Below are positions 1 to 12,990 of a stretch of DNA of 64,000 bases, piece after piece. The number at the start of each line of letters is the position of its first letter. The first letter of the stretch is position 1. The position numbers and the translations under genes were made by a program. This DNA comes from Octopus sinensis (Eukaryota). The notes under the pieces are model-generated. The model saw nothing but the letters and a program-made list of their open reading frames with translations. It searched no databases and had not been told where the DNA came from. Where the stretch lies: assembly GCF_006345805.1 (NCBI RefSeq), contig NW_021833274.1, positions 99,052 through 163,051 on the forward strand, read 5' to 3'.

Positions 1-366
1 TGGCCAATAACATAATTTCTTTTCTATTCTTCAAAATCCGTGAAACTTGGGACTAATAACAGTTGAATCATGCAGATAGAGCTGCCTGAGTTTGACCTCC
101 TTGAATAAACAAATCGATTTGAGAGAAAAAAAGATCTTGACGTAGAAAGATGACATGTGGGTCCCTTGGCTGAAGCTTAACCTATGGATAATGGATCTGG
201 ACAGTCGTGGGTTCGATTCCGAAGAAGGCTAGGTAAGGCCTATTGCTGTAAGTAACGTCTTTGGGAGATTCAGCCAAAATAATGTCATATAGGATGGTTT
301 TGACTTTGAGTTTAGAGTTCTTCCTTTTTCATTATGGCGTCTGTTTTAAAAATGCAGACAAAAATC

Positions 367-830
367 TTATGGACAGGACTCGCCAGCTTGCCCACTCAAA
401 GCCCGAAAATTCAAGTTTATTGTTATGTTAGACGTTACTAATGCTTTCAACTGTGTTCGACAAGACCATTTGCTCCAAGTAGTCTCTATACGGTGCCCAG
501 ACCTCTTACCAATTGTAAAATTGGCGTATTCCTCCAAAAGTCGTTTTTGATTTATGACCAAATTATCATGTCTAAATGCAAAGTGACCCACTGGACCCAT
601 TGCTGTTTGCCATTTCTGTTGACCATATTGCACACAACCTTTCGTTTAATGTTAATTTCTGGTATTTTGATGACGTAACGATTGAAAGACCCAGAGAGGC
701 CGTTATGTAAAACGTTAACAGAATCACTTCTGGTTTCTCTAAGATGGGATTATCTTTTAACGACGGCATATTCGAACTCGTAAATATTTCACTTGCCCCT
801 GCCGTTCTCTTACACATTCTCTTCTCTCTG
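367..830 (+). mobile_element. CRE-like non-LTR retrotransposon RT fragment (degenerate)
   Basis: Frameshifted translation gives IVMLDVTNAFNCVRQDHLLQ, LLFAISVD and VNFWYFDDVTI, matching the RT motifs of the CRE-like copy at 13 kb (KLDLTNAFNSLRRD; VWYLDDATI). Confidence 0.6.
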
Positions 831-1262
831 ACCTGATCGATGAGTTAAGGCTTACACTTTGCAGCGATCTGGTTATTTTGAACTTGCCAATTTCCGACCA
901 TAGCATAGTAAAAAATTTTTTTTTCACTCTTGAGCCAGGCAGTCTTCCCGGAATGACAATTTCATTTTTTTCAATACTTTTAAACTTAAATCTCTTTTTT
1001 GAAAACTATATTTTGAAATTAAATGATAGGTAAATTAAGGAAGTTGAAAGTAGATTCACACCAATGAAGTCCTTAGTTGACGATTATTCAGTGGGAACTG
1101 AATGTTTCTGAAGATAACTATAACACGAGAAAAAAACAAGAAAGATATGTAGTGTGTTCAAGAATTTTAGTTAGTTTTCTTAATAAAAAGAAAGTATTCA
1201 GTAAAAAGTCTCGATTAGTAAAAAATTGTTAGTATATTGTTAATTAAACAGTTTTACGAGAG

Positions 1263-1877
1263 TTAAATATTTTGAATGACATTTTCATCTAAATTTGTAA
1301 CAGATTCATCTCGTGTTTTAGGAAAATCTTCATTTGGGTTATTGTAAGATTTTTCGGAAATATTTATATCACGTTCATTTTTATATTTTTGAGAAAACGG
1401 CAAATTTTGACCAAATCGGTCCATTTCGGGAAAATTTCCAATGACATTTCCATCTAAATTTGTAACAGGTTCATCTCGTATTTTAGGAAAATCTTCATTA
1501 GGGTTTTTGTAAGATTTTCCAAGAATATCTAAATCACGTTCATTTTTATATTTTGGAGAAAACGGCAAATTTTGATCAAATCGGTCCATTTCGGGAAAAT
1601 TCATATTTCTATATTTCTGTGGTCTATTATGAAATCTTTGTCTTGATCTAGTATTTTCCAAATGACCTCCAAATTTTCTGTCGAAATATTCTTTACGACT
1701 TTTGATATAATTTAAATAAGAATAAAAATCTGGGTAATGTTCGGCAAGCTCAGACTCAGATTCAAACAATTCATGTTGAAGTGGATTTTCAAATCCTTCA
1801 TCAAAATCAATCTCCGGTTTATAGAATCCGTGTATTTTTAAACTTAGTAGTATTACAGAAAATAAAAATTTGTTCAT
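1263..1877 (-). CDS. Orphan secreted protein, 204 aa, with N-terminal signal peptide and two 55-aa tandem repeats
   Basis: Uninterrupted ATG-TAA ORF. N-terminus MNKFLFSVILLSLKIHG looks like a signal peptide. The 165-nt duplication is in frame. No recognisable domain. Confidence 0.7.
   Translation of the reverse strand: MNKFLFSVILLSLKIHGFYKPEIDFDEGFENPLQHELFESESELAEHYPDFYSYLNYIKSRKEYFDRKFGGHLENTRSRQRFHNRPQKYRNMNFPEMDRFDQNLPFSPKYKNERDLDILGKSYKNPNEDFPKIRDEPVTNLDGNVIGNFPEMDRFGQNLPFSQKYKNERDINISEKSYNNPNEDFPKTRDESVTNLDENVIQNI
1272..1601 (-). repeat. 2 x 165-bp coding tandem repeat
   Basis: NFPEMDRFDQNLPFSPKYKNERDLDILGKSYKNPNEDFPKIRDEPVTNLDGNVIG is followed by a near-identical second unit (1601-1437 and 1436-1272). 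Confidence 0.9.
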
Positions 1878-2477
1878 TATTTACAGTTTTATCAAGCTCT
1901 TTATATAGTATTTTTGACGTCGTTAATACGCAATGGTATATTTATTTACAAAACTAAATCAAAATTTTGATGATATTATGCTTATTTCCGTCATGCTAAA
2001 TCACGCAAAATAAAAATAGTCATTAAATTACTCTTTTGAAAAATAGCTAACTTTTTAGATATTTTATTGTTTTTGAGTTTGTTCATTCGAAATTAATGGA
2101 ACCAAAAAACACGACTGTCTTTTTTCTCTTATTTTTACTTAAATATTAAAGAGTTTGGTGTGTAATTAAAAATACTTTAAAAAGAGTTTGGTGTGTAAAT
2201 CAATTTAGATTTATTAAATCAATATAATGTCTCTTAAAAGTGATCAGAAATAGTATTCCATTAGTAACAAATGATATTTTTTTCCAATAATTGACAATGA
2301 TTGAAATAAACACGTATTATCATTTTGAACATTGGATGATAATCTGAAACAACTATCATCCAATGATAAATAATTTTTTATTTACAACAGTAATAAAATC
2401 CGGTAGTTTTTAATTACGATAAAATTAAAATAATATACTTTCCTGAGGAGCTCACCTTGTTTTTATGCCACCCAAAT

Positions 2478-2995
2478 GCTGGAGGTCTGCGGAGAAAATT
2501 CTCAATGTGCATTTCGACGATATTGCCTGGTGTCAGGCTAAACTTCCTGTGAGTCACGGGGGTCTGGGCCTCCGTTTCTGTTTCCCCTCTATTCTGGAAC
2601 CACGAGGGCCTTGTTCTTGAAGATGCAAACGTCCAGACGGCTGTACGCTTTTCGATTTTGAATCCGGAAGCAGCTCGTGTGGGACGTCACCTTTTCCGAC
2701 TCTTTTGCCAAGGGTGCCTTAAATGCTAGGCTTGTCGACCCGGTTCGTCAGCTGAGAAGGCCGAATTCGCAAACTAACGAAATACGACGATTTACGCATC
2801 GATTTTGCTTTTGGGCAATTGCCGTCGAAACTTCCTGTGTTTTTTGGGCCAAGACGCTTGCTCATCTTAAGAAACTTGGCCGCCTGTGCACCTACCGCTC
2901 CAGAGATCCGAGGGAATTATAAATTCCTTATTCAGAGGATCTCGCTGGCTGTTTTACGCGGGAATTGTCTTTCAATCCTGCGAGCCAGTTCATAA
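2478..2995 (+). mobile_element. CRE-like retrotransposon 3' fragment with internal deletion
   Basis: Translations AWCQAKLPVSHGGLGLR, WDVTFSDSF, AVETS and RISLAVLRGNCLSI span the RT end and the RLE endonuclease, with frameshifts. Confidence 0.75.
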
Positions 2996-3074
2996 TAGCT
3001 AGTTTTTTTGACGATTTCTCTTACTTAGAACATTTACTTAATTGATTAAAAAAATATACTTTACGTAAAAGCTT

Positions 3075-3195
3075 AGCCACATTAAAAAGCCACGACATAC
3101 ATGAGACCCGGTGGCTTCTCCAGTTGATCTCCGTTACTATCGTGAGAGGCAACGCAACGTCAATAATGTTGTCGGGGTCCACTTTGGACGGATAG
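3075..3195 (+). mobile_element. CRE-like 3' tip (extremely 5'-truncated)
   Basis: Encodes HETRWLLQLISVTIVRGNATSI, the C-terminal motif shared by all CRE-like copies here. Confidence 0.6.
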
Positions 3196-4015
3196 CTTTG
3201 TTAACTTCTAGTAAATTACAATTATGATTCAAAAATTAGCTGTGAAATTTACGTAAAGAAATTTAATTCAAATCTAAAATTACATATCTAATTCATCGAA
3301 TTTGCCTTGTACAATATTTTGTATAAATAGTACAATTTTAGTAAAAAATAAAATTTGACCTTATTATTTTATCCAAAAATCACCAGGTTAGAATGACAAA
3401 AAACTCCCCAACTGACTAACTTATCCCAGGCTTTTAAAAGGTGAACTTTGTCATAAAAATTGGGTAAAATTTACTTTGTATAACATTGAGAATACGGAAA
3501 TAGAACAGGCTACAATTTGCCATTGTTTCTCACGTGATGTACTTTTTGTGTTGAATATTGGTAGTTTCCATCTTTGGCCTAAGAAATGCACTGAATCACC
3601 AATTTTTGTCTTTGCCGCAGCATCACCTAAAAATAATTTGAACAGAGACAGTAAAAACTACATTAGGTAAAAGCCAGGTTGTTTGGTTTTCTATTATTGA
3701 GATAGCTAAAACCGAGAAAAAGTAAAAAAATCAAACAAATACAAAAAAAACTTTAAAAGAGTCACAGTTTTTTTATAATGTTAGCTCTGTTTACGTCAAA
3801 AACAATTCCACTTCAAAAGCTTGTTATGTCAAAAAATATGCAAGATAAGGTTTGTTGTTTATTTTAGTTTGTTTAACCTAAACTTATTTCCAATTGAATC
3901 TCGACAAAAGTAGACAATTAACGAAAGATATATCCAGAAAATTTCCTAATTATTTGTAGTGAATTCTGTATAATGATTTTAAAAATATTCAATTGACAAC
4001 AAAAAATTTCAATTA

Positions 4016-7000
4016 TTAAACCCACGCAGCCCAACCCTCAAACATCAAGGAAAGATTGTTAATGTCCTGTGATTTGGCCATCTCCATGTCAATCTAATCA
4101 TAAATTCAGACAAAAACCAGTTCTTCTACAGTCCTTTCATACCCATCATCACTCAGTCCTCTCAATCTCTTCTCAACAAAACCAAATTCACCCCCAAACG
4201 AATTACTTGATGCCTCCTTTCCACATCCATTATCCAGTAGCCCATTTTTAAACATTTCCAAGACATTTTGCACACCATTAATAACCCTAAACTCAACATG
4301 TGGACATTACTCATTAAATACTCGTTGCATTTCATTTATTGTATCACATGTGGGTTTTCTTTCAGTCAATAAGCCCTCAAGATATTTCAATCCTGATTTG
4401 AGTTGGCTGCTAATACGACATGGTCTCTATAATTGCCATTAATGGGGACTTACGTTATGTAAAGGACACTCATCCATGACTAGAACTATGACCTCAACTG
4501 CTTTCGTCACTTTAATGACTAATCCCTTAAGTATAGACAGTTCAGAAGTCTTATATAACATGTTATCATATATATAACCAAATACAAATCCTTTCTTTCA
4601 AAAGTCACTTTTTTCTTAGATATTTCTTGCATTTCGGCACTCAGGTGAGTTGATAAAAAAGAAAGCCATTTTGGAACTTTTGAATGAAGTGGCTGATATA
4701 TTGAAAATAAAACAAAATACTTTTATTCGCAAAAGAGAATGCTCTACTGGTAATATTTTAGACTGAATATCTTTATATCTTTTAAGCAGAGCAGTATGAC
4801 TAGAATGGTATATAATACTTAACCTGTGTATATATTTGGTCAGTCGGTAAAAATCAACACGCTCCAATGAAAATCTACTCTCTTCAATCACCAGTATTGC
4901 TGTCAGGTGTTTCTTAAGTGCAGGGTCGATGGTTATTTCCTTTACTAATACCAAAAAAATCTACCTCCTTTACTCTTTTTAGAAACTCAAATCTAATCGA
5001 CATTGCTTCTTCTGACAAGTTAAACAACCACATATATGTTCTATGTGTAGTATCAACAAACCCAGAATATATATTTATTATATCTTGACTGATATACAGC
5101 TGATTATGACCGAGTTTGGGCACATATAGATCAGCGAGTGTGTTTATTATAGAATCTAAAGGCTGAGAGATTACATCCAAAGAAGGAAATGAAAACTCCT
5201 TGCAAGATGAATGAACATAAATCAATATATCAACGATACTGAGTCCAATCCGAATAAGACATGTGATTATGTAATATCGAAATATTTTAAATGTGGCACG
5301 ACTTGCCCCCATTTGAACGTACAAATATTCAAACTCACTCCAAGGCACTTGCAACTCTTCAAACACAGAATATGCTTTTATTACGTCATCAAAAGCTTCA
5401 ATTTCTCGGGTTTCAACCTTACTACCATCCATATACTCTGACAGACTATTGGGACTACTGCCTTCCACTAATTCTCTCAATTTGAGTATTTCAGGGTCGT
5501 TTCTGAGAAATGCAGCAAGTACAGGTATCACAACCTTCGTGATATAAGCAGCATACAAGTTCTGAAATATAACAACGTGATGGAACCTTATGTACTACTA
5601 CAATTTGTCTAAATGTCCCCACATCAGATATATCCACACATTCCGAACTACTGTCAGTCCTTGAAAAATTTTCAATTACATTCTTGGGTCTGTACTGGCC
5701 CATTTCAGTTATGTCATTCGCAACCGACCTAATCATATACACTAATCATTACTCCGAATAATTGTCAATATATTCAGTCAAAAGACTAGTCAGTCTAAAA
5801 ACTACGTGATAAGTCCTTCCAATAGGTGGAGCCTACATTTAAGATGTATTTCATACTAGTTTTATCATATCAACATATTCCTGTATGATAGAACTTGTAG
5901 TACTCACAGATCGTAACAAGTCTACCGCCTCCTCTACTCTGCTCTTCAATTCAATAATTATCCCAAGCATATTCCTCAATGAAGATGTACATTGTTCCAA
6001 CTCTTGTTCTGCATGTCTTTGTTGTTTAACTCTATTATAATTTAAAAGTTGTCTTCACCTTTTCTCGAAAGAAGAATGCCAACTTTTACCTGAGGACACA
6101 TATTCCAATTGGTCTCTTATTTTATCATTTTGATTTTTTAAAACAATATTACGCTGATTGAGCTCTTCAGATGCACTCAATTCCATAATGGCGTTGTGGA
6201 AATAATCATCAATTCTATGTGTCAAAAAATTCTAAAACTAACGAGGGGGGCAAAGAGTTGACAATATAAGAAATTAGACACGACTCACAGTAATTTGGAC
6301 ATGTTGGTTTATCTGTCTGAATTGACTCATTGGGTGGACTGTATAAAAATACTTTGAGAATAGACATGAGAGTCATTCTATCCGATCGCAACATTTGCAT
6401 AATATTAATCAAAGTAGAACGAAATAAGCCCTAATCTGTCAGTCCGACAACCACCTTCATTCCAAATGGTCCAAGAGCTCTCTCAATGTTACGTGTAAGA
6501 CGGAAAGGCACTTTCTCGGGTGTCTGGAGAGTCTTTCCCTTATCAAAACAAATTTTGAAATCTACGTGGATTATCTGCAATAAATCGTCTTTCCAACCTT
6601 TCCAGTCGACAAATCAAGAAGAATGTTATCCAAATGTCTGTCACCTAATCCAATGATGTAACCCAGCCCTGACATGACAGCACATGTCCGACAAAACATG
6701 TTTGTTGCTCTCAACCAAGTTATTTTTGAATCACAACAAAGCCACAATTTCCTATATTTAATTAAAAAATCAGCATACCGCGATATTAGCGAATTAGGTG
6801 TTTCAGAACATAGTTTCTGGAATATTTCTCTCTGAAGATCATGAGGCCACAGTCTCCGAGGCTTTCCAACATACTTTGAGTCATTCTAAGAACTGCATAC
6901 ATTTCCAATTGATTTGGCTGCGGAGTAGTAAATATCTCTAATAGACAATTGGCCATTTCCAGACTCTCCAAGGAACTGTGAGTAGATCTGTTGAAGGGGT

Positions 7001-10000
7001 GTGGAATCATCAACCCACTCTATCAGTCCACAGGCATTCCCGAGAGGAATGACTGAATAACACCCAATACTAGTAAAACTTAGTTTCCACAGACACCAAC
7101 CAGACATCACTGATAAGAGTGTTCACATAACTGAATAATTGCATCATCAACTCATCCATCCTCAAATCCTCGACTCCTTTGAGTAAAAAATGATGTCTTG
7201 AAATGAGAATTAAGTCAAAACTTATTTCCACTTTTATCAATGAGGCAAAGCTTCTTTGGTTTTGATTTTGAAGGGAATATTTTAATTTTGGATTCAATGT
7301 GATCAAGTTTCAGTACCCCGCCGTTCTCAGAATTGAATTTACAAGGCAGTTGGATATGATTGAACACTTTCTGACAAACTTGGTCGCACAACACAATCCC
7401 ATTCCTCATCACATGTTTCATCTCATTATCCACTACATAACACATCTGTATGATTATTAGACTGGCATACATCCTGGTAATTCTCGTAAAGAACATTGAC
7501 TGATTTGACTGTTAGTTTAGACATGTTCTCAATCAGTTTATGAATTTGTGGTCTAATTCTGGCAATATAATAATTGTTAAAGGCAGAATGTCCATATTTC
7601 TCGATTGAATTGTCAATTGATGTACTCAATGAGGACAACCAGTCGACAGTCTGGTCAATGACTAGAACAAAACTCACCCAGTCGACGACTCCCCTGTATA
7701 AATTCTCAAAAAGGTTCATTCGGTCAGCCCCATCTCCACAAATATTATCCTTTAGAAACCTCAGGACTTGCCCCGTGGTGTTATTTCGGTGGTTAAGTGC
7801 AGAATGAACCCTCTCGAGTGGGAGAACACTCACAAATTTCAATTTTTCCAATAAAAAGTGCGTCTCATAAACCAATCTATAACTTTTACAGAAAATATAC
7901 AACTCTTTATTAATTTTACTAATAGCAGCATGCAAATATGATTTGTATGGTCCATCATTCATAGCTATAACAGGTATAACAAGAGAATGTGGATAAGCAA
8001 CAGACAACTCATAAAGAATTTTGACAACACATGCTCGGACTATCGAAGATGGATGAGACAGTCTGGATATTAGCTGTTGTCTTACACCTAAATATGAATA
8101 AAAAAGCAAGTCTACTCAGCCAGGGAAATAGCACTTCAGTATTAATTATATCACACACCAGAAAAGGATAATCGTCCAACAAGTCAAGCAAAGCAAGCAT
8201 TATTTGAATACTCTCCCCCTATCTATCAGTAGTAGAACAAATACAGTATGGGAAAGACACTTCAAAAGTCCTTTGACTGTACAAGATAACAATTTTGGAC
8301 ATGCACTAATCACATCGTACAGCAAATTGGTTTCCTCATGTTTCAAATATTCCCGGGAAGACATGTAATTTTTGAATGCCGTCATCTTATTTTGTTCCAA
8401 AGAAGAACAGTCAATATCAAGCTATCAATGTGGGATAGTCACAACTTGGATGTTTTGGGAAGAGGCAATGCACATTTCAACATCTTGTGGTCTAACTATC
8501 CGCTTTATTTCAGACATCTGTTCATTTGATAAAGAAGGAATGCCACTTTACATTATAATCATGACTAATACATGTTTTGTAACTGTGACAGGCAAGCAGA
8601 AGAATATGCTCTCCACAAATAACCACAGTCTGGAAACCGTGTAAAAACAATGCTTGCTGTACTCTCAAATAACTCTTGAAATGCATTTCCCTCTGCTCCA
8701 ATAACATCCAAAAGTCCTTTCGAACAATCTCCCCCAAACATAGCCATACAGGCAATCTTAAATGCACTAAGTTAAACATTAATCAAAATCTGACACCTAA
8801 TGCTTATATCACTGTAACCACAATCCGCCAGTAATAACAATTTGGAGTAATCTTCGGCTTGCAATGAAGGTAACAGGCCAAAGGTATGAATTCGTTCAAA
8901 GTACTCAAACCAGTCATTTCCTCTCACTTCAAACAGCATTCTCTTATATTTAAGTCTCTCAGGCATATAGAGATTCTTCAGTGTCTCAAAAGTTGAGTAA
9001 CACTCAGTATCCAACAGTCTGTCAAACAAATTCTCAGTTAGATTAGTCGAATAACCTCCAATGGTTAATAATCTAATATCATTATGCATTTTTTGTCCAT
9101 AATTGAGATCAAACAGCTGAGCTGCCCTTTCTATTTTATCAGTAAGGTCAGTTCCCATCTCCATTCCAGTAAATGTGCGAATATCCAAGCATAAAGTCAG
9201 AGTATCCACACAAGCCATAAACGAATCTTGACATTTATCAACTGGTTTGCACATTGTATGCCCGAAATCAGTCAATTGTGCTATCAAATCAGTAGAAGGG
9301 AGAGGAATATGGTCAATCACATCAGCCACAACAGAAGGTGGAGTGTCAGTTCCAATACACTCCAACGCTTCCACCCACTGACATAAACTAATATGACATT
9401 GAACCAACTGAAATGGTAAATTTAATATAAAACTTCATATCTGAGATATTCTTTAATTTGGGGAGAATAGTCACTATTGAGGGAATCCCTTAATTGTTTA
9501 ATGGCTGTTTCAAATCTGTGATGTAAGCTGTATGACTGTACTTGTAGGCACTTTTGCTTATAATTCCATCAATCCAACAATTTCCATCAAACTGGTCGCG
9601 AATTCCTCTCAAATGATAAACCGAGTCAGGACACTGAGACATCACACGGACACAATGTAACACAGAAATGTCCTCCTTTTCACTAATAGAATAAAATACC
9701 TGGTTGTCTTGATATGCTTGATACATGTGAAAAGCAGAAATTTCATACTGACCACAGACTAATGACAATCGAGACATGATAAAACTGGTTTGGGATGGCC
9801 AAAGTCCAGCCTTAGTAATTAGAGTATTATATTCATACATATAATTGTCCAATATGTTCAAAAAGGAGTACAAATATGTTTATTCTGCAAATATCTTCAA
9901 CCCCACATATTCTAAAAGAGTCTATCATGGCAGAAGGCATATCTTATATTTGTTAGGTAATAAAAAACCATTAAAACACGTCAATAAACGTGAATCACTA

Positions 10001-12050
10001 CATATTTGATGTGCTGCCTGACGTATAACAAACTTCATTGCACTCTTATAGTGACTCATATCATAAACATTCGGCGGAAAAACCATATTATCAACATCAA
10101 AGTGATCTATGATGTAATTTCCATGACTTTCCATCACGTTTCTCACAATGGTATTAAACCTACCAATATATGTTTAAGTAACCTCTCAAAACTACTACTG
10201 GTAAATAAATCTAATATTATTGGCAGGACATTGCTGGTGAAATGTTTCAAATCTCCAATCCTATATACATCAGACATAATTAGACTACCGAATTGATTCT
10301 GGATTCTCAATACCAACTCTTCGTTGTGTCATTTCCCCTTGTTTTAAAGCCCAATCAACCACAACTGCCCGTTCTAGTTTGGTTTTGTCCATAATGTAAA
10401 GACATAGCTCGATATATTGCCCACATCCATACAAATGAGTCATCGACAGTAACAAAACACAACATGTATATAAAGTATCAGAACAAGTAACAAATCGACA
10501 CAACAATTCCACCAAACACATTAGTTTACTACAAATACAACAATCATACTAACCCTGAGACTTTGGAATTAAAGAATAAATCAGATTTGACAACCGATGG
10601 CAACAATAAATGAGCAACTTGACTATCAACTGTCTCAATATTAGGGAGAATAACATCAATCAGAGTACAAGACAATAAAGTATAACTCAACACCTTGTCC
10701 AAAACATTTAATAAATGTTGACATGTGATCTAGAGCTCTACTAATACACAACACCTTATCCAAACGTGGACACATCAACAGCAAATCACATTTTATCAAA
10801 GCTTCCTCAGGATTGTCTGCATTTATGGAAAGAGCAAGAGAACTAAACTAACACAAAATAGTAACACCGAGTATGCCTGGATATGTAATCGGAGGGGATT
10901 CTACTAAACACATCAAGCAACAGTGATCTGCCGGAAATATTAACAATATCAATGTGCTCAATCAAATTCTCAGTGACTTTATTCGACATTACTTTACACA
11001 AAATCTTCCAAAATGAACATCCGAGAGGATAGTTGTGAGTCAATTGTGACACCACAAAACTCGTTGTTTTTACATAACATAGAGTTCCATCCTCCGTGAA
11101 ATGATCAATTAATTTATTGACACTTCTAATAAGTGCTCGTGACTTTAACTGTGTGATCACTGCTGTGTCAATTACCATGTCAATAGTCTGTCATTTGGTA
11201 ATTACATTATAACCTGCTCTTTGTGGTACGAGGACAATTCTTGTGGGTTAGAAAAGGCGGTTAGAATATCGATGAGGACTGTAATTTCATCTACTGACCG
11301 AGTGGAATCTTGTTTTATTAAAGACTATATATTATATGTATATATACATATTGAAATATCAAATCTTCCAATAAACAAGTAAATATTGAATGAGCAGTGT
11401 CCTTTTTAGTCCAAATGGGGACACTCACTTTCCTTATTACTGAGAGAAGTGTAACCTTGTGGTCCCATTTGTTCCCCAAAGTGATATATAGGCCAATATA
11501 ACAATCAAGTAATTTCTATTATGTAACTATCAAGGAATATTACTTCAAAATATTCACTGCCAATTACGTAATACTCATGAGACAAATATGTAGTGATAAT
11601 ATCAGTCTGTAGATCAAGTAATGGAGTATATTCAGTTATATTGTCCATTGCCAATTTTACGTTTCCGATTAATTCCTGAAATAAAAGTAAATTGAAGACT
11701 TTTTTGAATGAGAGATTCTTGTCTGTGAGAATGTGACTGATTATTCTAAGCACACATGATTTCTCACATATTCCTAAAGAGGATTTAAAGCCCAATTTTA
11801 TGATCCATTTGGTGATTTGCTGAGGATCCATTAGACGTCGACATAGTGTGGTAATACAACTGAAAATTAGAGAGATCATCTCATTGCTTGCACAAATAGA
11901 GAGAGCATTGATAAAACTGGATAGTATGAGTTCGGCCTTGACAGAGGGCTGTCTATTATAACAAGTAGAGAACCAATGGGCTTGTTTCTTGGAGGTAGGA
12001 ATAAATTAGGCGAATATGACCTGTATTCTGTCCTCTTTCACATTCAACTA
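4016..12050 (-). CDS. SMG1: Serine/threonine kinase SMG1 (PIKK family, nonsense-mediated decay), multi-exon with micro-introns; 5' end approximate
   Basis: Kinase motifs [19 protein letters not shown] and [17 protein letters not shown]. After removing introns 6752-6778, 6575-6597 and 6431-6454 it reads [64 protein letters not shown] end [14 protein letters not shown]-stop (TAA 4016-4018). The ~2.3 kb between kinase and FATC is the SMG1-type insertion. Start codon not resolved. Confidence 0.9.
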
Positions 12051-12239
12051 ACAATGATTTAAGCAATGTATTTATATTATGTAAATGCATCACAAAGCTT
12101 AGTTATCATAACAAAAATTTATTAATCATTAAAATTAGTAATGTTATAAAAAATTGAATTCATAACATTTTTAAGGTATAAAACAAAAATTAAGGGCAAA
12201 AATAGCAATTAAATTTAACTAATATCTAAAGAATTGATT

Positions 12240-12990
12240 TGACGTATTAATTCATTCTTTTTCTTTTTGAGCCATTCCTTAGCTCTCTAACTGCAATCTC
12301 TTGTCGACCATCGCCAATCTGATCCTCATTCCAGGATTGTTGTTCCATGGGCACGATTCCGTCGTCCTCAAATTGTTGTAGAGATTTTCGTTGTAGAAAA
12401 TGAATGACTTCACTAACATCACTCTCTTGAAAGTTCATCCCATGTCGGTGCTCCACTAACATGCTTTCAAGAGTTTTCTTTAGTACGATAGATTGAATAT
12501 ATGCCCTCGGAATAATATCACACCTAAAAAATCCATATATGATGTGTAGAATTTACTCACAATTCCCTCCCAAGTCATAACAATCGGGACAATTTTAACT
12601 TTCGCTTTGTATATTTGGGACAACTCTCCAGCGAGGAGGTCGTATTTATGAAGTTTTTCAATCTCAACCACCTTCAGCATCTCCTGAGAAGTGATTCCGA
12701 CCTCTACTAAAGTAATTTCCCTTGTACTTTTATCGAAAACAAATATGTTCGGCTTGTTATGTTGTATTTTGATGTCTGTCATCAGCGTCGTATCGACTCT
12801 GATCTCAACATTCTCAGTTGTTACTATTGATTGGACTGAGTGAGTCTTCAGTTTCTTTGAATATGTGATTCTATATTTATGACACAGGTTTAAATGACGA
12901 CATCTCACCACCTCATTGTGACGGCGTATATAATCACTATTTAACATTCTATTGCATCTCGTTGCCAAATGATCGACTGTTTTTTTGGCA
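12240..12990 (-). mobile_element. R4/Dong-like retrotransposon 3' fragment (CCHC zinc finger + RLE)
   Basis: KTVDHLATRCNRMLNSDYIRRHNEVVRC, NKPNIFVFDK, LVEVGITS and EKLHKYDLLAGEL are paralogous to the element at 18.3-21.9 kb. Cut off at ~12990 by the CRE-like element. Confidence 0.85.

Noticed and set aside
1-360. Possible LINE ORF1 remnant at the window edge
   Set aside because: No diagnostic motif and truncated by the window boundary.
1410-1440. RFamide neuropeptide motif (EMDRFG)
   Set aside because: The Gly is followed by Gln, not Lys/Arg, and the other repeat has RFD, so there is no amidation or cleavage signal.
4016-12050. mTOR, ATR or ATM assignment for the PIKK
   Set aside because: The long kinase-FATC insertion, the EGWxAWV terminus and the catalytic-loop context fit SMG1 better.
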